From positions 1 to 62,597 of the IMG/VR virus record IMGVR_UViG_3300044636_000600: DNA of 62,597 nucleotides, one strand, 5' to 3'. This DNA is from a virus (Duplodnaviria; Caudoviricetes). This document shows positions 56,355 through 62,597 of the stretch, piece by piece; within the stretch, counting starts at the first letter, position 1; every line of letters begins with the position of its first letter. Position numbers and translations under genes: made by a program. Under the pieces are notes generated by a model. It made no database searches and was not told where the DNA came from. It saw only the letters and a list, made by a program, of their open reading frames with translations.

Positions 56355-56559
56355 CGAGCTACATGTTATGTGGTATATCAGGAAATTGCATGGCGGGATT
56401 GTCTGTGGCCCTGGACATATCATGGATCAGGATACAGGGAAACCCAAGTGTAAGGCGCGATGTAGTGACAACATAGCTTGGCAGGACAACATACTTGCAC
56501 CCGACGCTGTGACATGCAAGCGTTGTCAGAGGCTGTTAGAGGGTGAGGCGGCAGAATGA
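56347..56559 (+). CDS. Small Cys/His-rich protein
   Basis: GGAGGAG RBS; VTCKRC. Confidence 0.55.
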   Translation: MINELHVMWYIRKLHGGIVCGPGHIMDQDTGKPKCKARCSDNIAWQDNILAPDAVTCKRCQRLLEGEAAE

Positions 56560-56771
56560 CACCACCCAACCAACACCAAGAAGCCCTAGCCGTCGCCCTG
56601 CAATGGCTGCAATTGTTTCGTGGTTATGCGCCGGTTATCGCCCCAACCGCTGATCCGGCGCTACGCAAACGTAATCAGGTACAGCTTGCCAACGTGCTAG
56701 CGTCGGAGGAGTTGGCGGCGGCCGTTGTGATGATTGAGGGATTGGTGAACAAGGAAGAGGTGACGGAATGA
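56556..56771 (+). CDS. Hypothetical protein
   Basis: ATGA coupling. Confidence 0.5.
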   Translation: MTPPNQHQEALAVALQWLQLFRGYAPVIAPTADPALRKRNQVQLANVLASEELAAAVVMIEGLVNKEEVTE

Positions 56772-57202
56772 CCGAGCATCATGAGACACAGGTATTGGTA
56801 ACACAGTCAGTTAATCGCCTGACGGCCAGCGCCTACGCATTAGCATCGGATTACAAGTTTCGGCGCATGAACCGAAATTTGGCATGGGACAACTTCATCA
56901 TTGATCGCGCCCTAAAACCGGAGATGAGCGCCAGTGATTTTCATGACTTGTTTGACCGAGTTAGCGCCAGCCCGTTGCAAGGCGCGACGGAGTCCGTATC
57001 GTTCGAGCCGACGCACATCGATACGCTGGTGGAAGGCAAGCATACGCCGGTGCAGATTAAGCAGCAACAAAACGGTGTATTCGCCATGATCTGGGCGAAC
57101 GGTAGCACGGGCAGCCAGCCACCATGCTATCCGCCAGATCCAGCGCGATTTGTCCCCGTGGGTGATTATCAGATGAGTGAAGCGGACGAGGTGAACGCAT
57201 GA
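56768..57202 (+). CDS. Hypothetical protein
   Basis: GAGGTG RBS; ATGA coupling. Confidence 0.55.
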   Translation: MTEHHETQVLVTQSVNRLTASAYALASDYKFRRMNRNLAWDNFIIDRALKPEMSASDFHDLFDRVSASPLQGATESVSFEPTHIDTLVEGKHTPVQIKQQQNGVFAMIWANGSTGSQPPCYPPDPARFVPVGDYQMSEADEVNA

Positions 57203-57708
57203 AACTATCAGCGCAGGCACACCGGCGCCTAGTCGGCAACCTAACCGGCAACGGCGAACAGGCCGCACGTAACACCGCCAACCGGCAAGAGGGCGAGGCA
57301 TTCGAGAAGCGGCTCGACGGCTATCACGCCGAACTCATGGCAACCAACCAGGCGCAAGTCATGCGCACCAACCCGAAGATCCGCATGACGGGGCCAGGGC
57401 GCGCCGCCATCGTCGGCAAGGGGGAATGTGACTACGTGGCGTTGCTCAGTGATGGGCGCGTGGTTACATTCGACGCGAAGTCGAGGGCCAGCAACGCCTT
57501 TAGTATCGGAGCGGACTTTGAACACCAAATGACGTGGCTGCGCAAGGCATCTGACTACGGCCATGCCGCTGGGCTGCTTGTCTTCTGGAAAGAGTACGGC
57601 GCGTGCCGCTGGCACCCGGTGCAGACGTTCGACAAGCGCGTGCGCATGGCCGACGGTGTGTCGGTAAACGGTGTCGAGTGGCTGGCGCTGTTTGCCGCCG
57701 GGCGTTAA
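57199..57708 (+). CDS. recU: RecU-like Holliday junction resolvase
   Basis: GEAFEK, CDYVALL..GR...FDAKS, HQMTWL. Confidence 0.8.
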   Translation: MKLSAQAHRRLVGNLTGNGEQAARNTANRQEGEAFEKRLDGYHAELMATNQAQVMRTNPKIRMTGPGRAAIVGKGECDYVALLSDGRVVTFDAKSRASNAFSIGADFEHQMTWLRKASDYGHAAGLLVFWKEYGACRWHPVQTFDKRVRMADGVSVNGVEWLALFAAGR

Positions 57709-57778
57709 TCGCGTAGCGTTAATTCCGGCACTACGAAAAACATAGTGCCACTACAACAGGTTCAGTGAGGACAGTAGC

Positions 57779-59212
57779 ATGAATTACGAATTACACCACG
57801 GTGATTGCCTGGACGTGATGCCCACTTTCCCCGACAACACGTTTACAGCCATTGTGACCGATCCGCCGTATGGCCTGGGAGAAACGCCTGACATTGCCGA
57901 ACTTATGCAGCAATGGATAACGGAAGGACACGCTGACATGGGTAAGGGCTTCATGGGGCGCAAATGGGACGTTGTGCCTGGCCCCGTCTACTGGCGTGAA
58001 ATGTACCGCATTGCCAAGCCAGGCGCGTACCTGCTGGCAATGTGCGGCACGCGCACTGTGGACTTGATGAGCATTGCGATCCGGTTTGGCGGCTGGGTAA
58101 AGTTTGACGAAATTAGCTATCACATGGGGCAAGGATTGCCGCCCATGTTGGATTGGGTAACGGGGATGGGCTTCCCGAAAAGCGCCGCCATTGATAAATT
58201 GATTGATGCGAAGTTGGGCGCTGCGGGCGCTTATGGGAACTATAAAAGTTCAGACCATGCTATCAAGCGAAAACCGGGCAATGAGCGAATGCACGAAGGC
58301 TATCAGCGCCCTTGGCGTGACAATCCAGAGATAGAAGACAGGAACGCTAGACAATATCTAGCGGCCACACCCGAAGCTGCTCAGTTTGCCGGCTACGGCA
58401 CAGCGCTAAAACCGAGCCATGAGATCATCCTGTGTTTTCGTAAGCCAGTAGACAAGGGTTACGCCAACAACGCCCTGACGCACGGGTGTGGCGGGTTGAA
58501 TATTGATGCGTGTCGAGTTGGAACGGCGGACGATCTAAACCCGAACGATTATGACGACACGAAGCGCACCGCGCCAAAGTTTAGCGGTATTTTGAACGGC
58601 GGTAGGGAGGGACAGTACCGCGCCAGGACTGGCGCGGTACCCAACGGCCGCTGGCCTGCGAATCTCATTTGGGACGGTTCGCCGGAAGTCAAAGCGGAGT
58701 TTGATAAGGCGGGGGTAAGGACAAGCGGCGGCGGGTGGAATGGTAAATACGCCGCTACCCCCAATCGAGCAATGAGCGGAGCAAACACGGCGCGAACGAT
58801 AGAAACACCATATGCGGGCGATACTGGTTCCGCCGCCCGTTTCTTTACCGTCTGCCCGCCCGATGTGCCGCGCTTCGTGTACATGGCAAAAGCCAGCAGT
58901 AGCGAGAGAAACGAGGGGATGGAATACGACAACGGACACCCCACGGTCAAGCCGGTTAGCCTTATGTCCTGGCTATGCCGCTTGGTTCGTCAACCCGCCA
59001 ACAACCTGATCCTCGACCCGTTCGGCGGCAGTGGCACAACCGGCGTAGGCGCATTGCGTGAGGGCTGCGACGTGGTTGTCATCGAGCGGGAAGCCGAATA
59101 CATCCCGATCATTCGCCAGCGGCTTGACCATTACGAAGCGGCGGTCAACATGGAACCGGTGAAAATAAAGGGCAAGGCCAACGACACCGCCGACTTGCCG
59201 CTATTCGCCTAG
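57779..59212 (+). CDS. Amino DNA methyltransferase (beta class)
   Basis: GDCLD, TDPPYG, GFPKS, GRWPAN, HPTVKP, DPFGGSGTT. Confidence 0.92.
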   Translation: MNYELHHGDCLDVMPTFPDNTFTAIVTDPPYGLGETPDIAELMQQWITEGHADMGKGFMGRKWDVVPGPVYWREMYRIAKPGAYLLAMCGTRTVDLMSIAIRFGGWVKFDEISYHMGQGLPPMLDWVTGMGFPKSAAIDKLIDAKLGAAGAYGNYKSSDHAIKRKPGNERMHEGYQRPWRDNPEIEDRNARQYLAATPEAAQFAGYGTALKPSHEIILCFRKPVDKGYANNALTHGCGGLNIDACRVGTADDLNPNDYDDTKRTAPKFSGILNGGREGQYRARTGAVPNGRWPANLIWDGSPEVKAEFDKAGVRTSGGGWNGKYAATPNRAMSGANTARTIETPYAGDTGSAARFFTVCPPDVPRFVYMAKASSSERNEGMEYDNGHPTVKPVSLMSWLCRLVRQPANNLILDPFGGSGTTGVGALREGCDVVVIEREAEYIPIIRQRLDHYEAAVNMEPVKIKGKANDTADLPLFA

Positions 59213-59244
59213 TCAATTTCATTTTGCGAAGAAAGGACAACACA

Positions 59245-59520
59245 ATGTCAACCAACTTTACCACCGGCCCCGCCGACGACATCGCCGTCACCGCTGCGTT
59301 GCGCGCCGTCATGGCGCTGGACGGGATGCAGCAAGCAGAGTTCGCCGCACGACTATCAGCGATAGACGCACGTTTTGCCGATGGGCTGGGCGTGATGGTG
59401 CTAGAGGCGGTTGGGCTGACGATGCCACCGCCACCACGGCGACGTGGGCCGAGCGCTGAGTTTCGCCAGCGCATTGCGGAATTGGCGCGAGAGGTGACGC
59501 AACAGGAGCCGCCAGAATGA
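59245..59520 (+). CDS. Hypothetical protein
   Basis: AAAGGA RBS. Confidence 0.55.
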   Translation: MSTNFTTGPADDIAVTAALRAVMALDGMQQAEFAARLSAIDARFADGLGVMVLEAVGLTMPPPPRRRGPSAEFRQRIAELAREVTQQEPPE

Positions 59521-59746
59521 CGCGGAACGGCTTAGGGCGTGCGTGGCTGCGCAAACCGGCGCAACGTGCGTGCTGATGGCGTTTGCGTGGCTGTGGCGGC
59601 ATTCCGTGGCGTTGGCGGATGGCGCTACGATGCGCCGTGGGGCAATCAGCGGGGCAAGGCTGCATTTTGTGGCGTATCGCCTACTGTATCGCGTCCATCT
59701 TCGCTCGCCGCGTAACTCTAGATAATCAATAGCCGTAACACCATCC

Positions 59747-59786
59747 ACAAAACAGCGCCGGGGCGTTGATCCCGGCGCTGTTTTGT
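59747..59786. terminator. Bidirectional terminator between convergent arms
   Basis: ACAAAACAGCGCCGGG-8nt-CCCGGCGCTGTTTTGT. Confidence 0.8.
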
Positions 59787-60137
59787 TTACTCGGTGGCGG
59801 CTATGTCCATATCAGGGTTTAGCGGGACGGCAACAACGCCATTGAGAAAACCGGTGCGCAGCGCAGCCTCGCTGCTCCATCCTGCGGCTAGTAGTAGCGG
59901 CTTCAGATCGCCGTAGCGCTTGCTCTGCCGCTTCGCCCCGGTCGTGTCGCCGTAGGGTGGCACAAGCACTTTCGTGCTGTGGCCGACCTTTGCCGACCGG
60001 CTACCGTCCACCGTTTGGGCATTGTAGCCGGCGCGGTGCGCAGTGGCTCTGACCGGTTCCACCTTCACCCATTCCACGGCGGGCTGGTGGTTGGCTTGAC
60101 GGAAGCGTGCGCCGATGGCTAATTCTTTGAATGTCAT
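59787..60137 (-). CDS. Hypothetical protein
   Basis: AAGGAGG RBS; MTFKELAIGARF. Confidence 0.6.
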   Translation of the reverse strand: MTFKELAIGARFRQANHQPAVEWVKVEPVRATAHRAGYNAQTVDGSRSAKVGHSTKVLVPPYGDTTGAKRQSKRYGDLKPLLLAAGWSSEAALRTGFLNGVVAVPLNPDMDIAATE

Positions 60138-60212
60138 CGTTCCTCCTTGTCTCAAATCACATTGCCTGCAAATAAAAGTACATGCGTCCAGCGGTCTCGC
60201 TTGTCGGTGCGG

Positions 60213-61199
60213 TCATGGTTGCACCGCCGCAACTTCGGCATTGTGCTTGGAGGCAATGACGCCGGCCCAATACTCGGCGTTTGGGCCACGGAACGCCTGG
60301 AAGCAACCGACCGGCGCCACGCTCTTGGACGGCGTAAACCGAAAGCCGTGGGCCTTGAGTTCGGCGTAAACCTCTTTGCTGGTGCGTTCAGGAAAATGCA
60401 ACTCAAGTCGGTCGTCTTCACAATTGTTGACCACACGGACGGCACCGATCATCTTTTCAGTCGTGACCTGATCCGCCAGCCGCTTGGCTTTCTCTAACTG
60501 TTCTTTTAATCGCCGGATGTTGGCGCCATTGTTGGTTAGCTCGAACTTGGCAAAGCCAACGATGCTGAAGCAATCCGGCACGGTCAAGATTTTGACCGCC
60601 GTTGCCTCTGTAATGTCGTCATCTAGTAACAAAAGCGCTTCGACCTTGCCGTCTTGGTCAAGCTTTTTGTCCTTGATGACCTTGTTGGCGGCTTTCATGA
60701 ATTCTTGGGTGGCTTCCAACTTGGCGATCTTCTCTTCTAGTTGAGCCACCGCGTTGGCACTGCCGGTTCGGATGGCTTCACGTCCACTGTATTTCGCCTG
60801 CATCTTGCGGTAGACGCGGGTCACGTAGTCCAGTAGTTCCCCGACACTGTTTTCGTAGCTATCCCGCTTCTTTTCCTGGCTGCGCACCGGGAAGTTGGCA
60901 GGGCCGGTGATCATCGTGGACATAACCTGACCGCGCCGGCGCAGGCTCATCAGCTTCCGATCACGGTAGCCGTCCCGAAAGCGTTCCAGGTCGGCCAGCG
61001 CTTCGTCGTGACGTTCCTTGCCGGCCATTGCCAAGATGTCAACGTAGATAGCTGCCACCTGTTCGGCGTAGGCGTTGCGCTCGTATGCGCCGCGGGACTC
61101 TGGTACATGGCTTGTCCCTTCGTGGGCGGCAATGGCAACGCCCAGGGGAATATCGGACAAGAAACTGGCGGCGGTGTAGATGGTTGATTCGGTTGTCAT
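60213..61199 (-). CDS. Conserved mobile-element protein (DUF3560 / polyvalent-protein-like domain)
   Basis: STMITGPANFP, FELTNNGANIRRLK, DRLELHF...LKAHGFRF.PS. Confidence 0.65.
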   Translation of the reverse strand: MTTESTIYTAASFLSDIPLGVAIAAHEGTSHVPESRGAYERNAYAEQVAAIYVDILAMAGKERHDEALADLERFRDGYRDRKLMSLRRRGQVMSTMITGPANFPVRSQEKKRDSYENSVGELLDYVTRVYRKMQAKYSGREAIRTGSANAVAQLEEKIAKLEATQEFMKAANKVIKDKKLDQDGKVEALLLLDDDITEATAVKILTVPDCFSIVGFAKFELTNNGANIRRLKEQLEKAKRLADQVTTEKMIGAVRVVNNCEDDRLELHFPERTSKEVYAELKAHGFRFTPSKSVAPVGCFQAFRGPNAEYWAGVIASKHNAEVAAVQP

Positions 61200-61293
61200 G
61201 GTAAAAATTCCTTTCAAATATAACAAATGGCGGTAAATCCTGTTTACTACAAAAGTGATGGGAAAGGGCCGGTCGAACGCCGGCCCGATTCGC

Positions 61294-61854
61294 CTAACCG
61301 TAATGGCTACTGTGTTTTGGCGTTCCATCCCAGCGGCTCACTCTGGTTGACTGGTCGATTTTTACATAGTTATCGATCACTTTGCGGCGTAGCGGTTCGC
61401 CTCGGAAGCTATCTACAGACGGCATATTGCGGCCAGTCATAAAGCCGTTTTCCGTAAACAGATTGGCAACCTTGCGTACAGTCACGTACTGAGCGCTTGG
61501 CACGTCCACGACCTGATAGAACTCGCAATTGGTTTGTTCGTAACCCCAACTACCGTGCAGGATGTCGCCAACCTTGTAATCGTGCGCCTGGTTCTGAGCC
61601 GCCCGCCGTTCCGACTTGGCAATCTTGACGCTGGCGGCCCGGTTCAGCAGACTGGTAACAGCCGCTTCGCGCTGCGCTTCAGTTCTATAGAATGAGTACA
61701 GCGCCGGTTTAATCTGGCGGTTGCCTGTCCAGACGACCGCGCAATATTGCGTCCGGCCCGCTACTTGGAGATCCCAAATATAGGCGTCAAACTGCAATTC
61801 TTTCTTGAAGATGTGAAGTTTGAAAGCGGTTGGTATATATTGCTTGCGGCTCAT
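61294..61854 (-). CDS. Conserved phage early protein
   Basis: KVGDILHGSWGYEQTNCEFYQVV; AAGGAG RBS. Confidence 0.7.
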   Translation of the reverse strand: MSRKQYIPTAFKLHIFKKELQFDAYIWDLQVAGRTQYCAVVWTGNRQIKPALYSFYRTEAQREAAVTSLLNRAASVKIAKSERRAAQNQAHDYKVGDILHGSWGYEQTNCEFYQVVDVPSAQYVTVRKVANLFTENGFMTGRNMPSVDSFRGEPLRRKVIDNYVKIDQSTRVSRWDGTPKHSSHYG

Positions 61855-61899
61855 CTTGTATCTCCTTCATCTGTTCACCGTTTGTTCGTCTCTGTCCCT

Positions 61900-61928
61900 A
61901 TTATACACCGTTAGACTAACGTTGTCAA
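61900..61928 (-). promoter_or_regulatory. Perfect-consensus sigma70 promoter
   Basis: TTGACA-17 nt-TATAAT. Confidence 0.85.
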
Positions 61929-62116
61929 TAGGGTAAAGCAACGAGTTTCGTACTTTTTATACTGGAAATTCGCTGTTTCAGGGCTGACACCTTACGGCGC
62001 TGTAAGGCCGAGTTGGCAAAGGTTGAAGCACAGCGGGCAACGCAGGAAGCAGCCGCCCGCACCGGCGAACGTGCGGAGGGGGAGGGGCGTAGCAACCACT
62101 GACCAACCACCAACGC

Positions 62117-62155
62117 AACAAGGCCGACGATCACGCAAATCGTCGGCCTTGTTTT
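62117..62155. terminator. 15-bp-stem hairpin
   Basis: AACAAGGCCGACGAT-7nt-ATCGTCGGCCTTGTT then TT. Confidence 0.65.
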
Positions 62156-62250
62156 ATGTCATAGTCAGAGACTCGGTTCTATCACCGCCCCAACCCCGAC
62201 ATTTGGGTGCTATCCGGTGACATTATCGTGATAATCTATCCGCATACCAC

Positions 62251-62597
62251 CTAAATCAGCAACACGATACCAGTCACCTGACGCTTCTCCACGATCACCT
62301 GTAGAAACATGCGTAGGCGCGCATTAGCGGCGCGCACGTCCTCATCTGTCAACCATGACGACAAGTTGATGCGCAGATCGTCTAACCGCTGCTCACGCTG
62401 GCCCACTTGCGTCTGTTCGCTCAATGCGTCGTGCAGCCTTGTCAACTCGGCTTGAATCTCCACGATTTGCCGCTTCAGCGCGCTGACAATAGCCTGGTGG
62501 CGCTCCTCGTCAAGAATCTGGCGCATGTAGTGGTCGTTGTCAGCTTTGGCAATGCCGGCCCTATGCTTGCTCACCTGGGCGTCGCAGGCGTCGATTT
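62251..62597 (-). CDS. C-terminal coiled-coil fragment, possibly of a large serine recombinase (truncated)
   Basis: Frame open to window edge; coiled coil ending NARLRMFLQVIVE as in integrase tails; no catalytic domain visible. Confidence 0.4.
   Translation of the reverse strand, partial: IDACDAQVSKHRAGIAKADNDHYMRQILDEERHQAIVSALKRQIVEIQAELTRLHDALSEQTQVGQREQRLDDLRINLSSWLTDEDVRAANARLRMFLQVIVEKRQVTGIVLLI

Overview
The window is most of a temperate, long-tailed (siphovirus-like) phage genome. DnaN and SSB sequence style suggests a Chloroflexota host (inference). Left to right it holds a DNA-modification-like cluster (0.2-3.4 kb), a packaging/head/tail operon (3.5-32.2 kb, +) and a leftward accessory arm (32.3-46.2 kb, -) with dnaN, dcd, a methyltransferase and tRNA-Ala. 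A rightward recombination/replication arm follows (46.5-59.5 kb: ERF, SSB, primase, ParB-MTase, initiator with iterons, DnaB, RecU, MTase), then leftward early genes and a truncated possible serine recombinase. No lysis genes were recognised. The standout is a compact minus-strand unit at 32.3-36.2 kb. A near-consensus sigma70 promoter is followed by a structured tracrRNA-like RNA with two split anti-repeats, a 12-repeat/11-spacer CRISPR array and a ~504-aa TnpB/Cas12-like protein whose three RuvC acidic residues appear substituted. An overlapping ParB/Srx-domain gene ends the unit. No cas1/cas2 or transposase is present. It looks like an RNA-guided, nuclease-dead DNA-binding system coupled to a ParB-like partner. 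All family assignments are from motif recognition by eye, not database searches.
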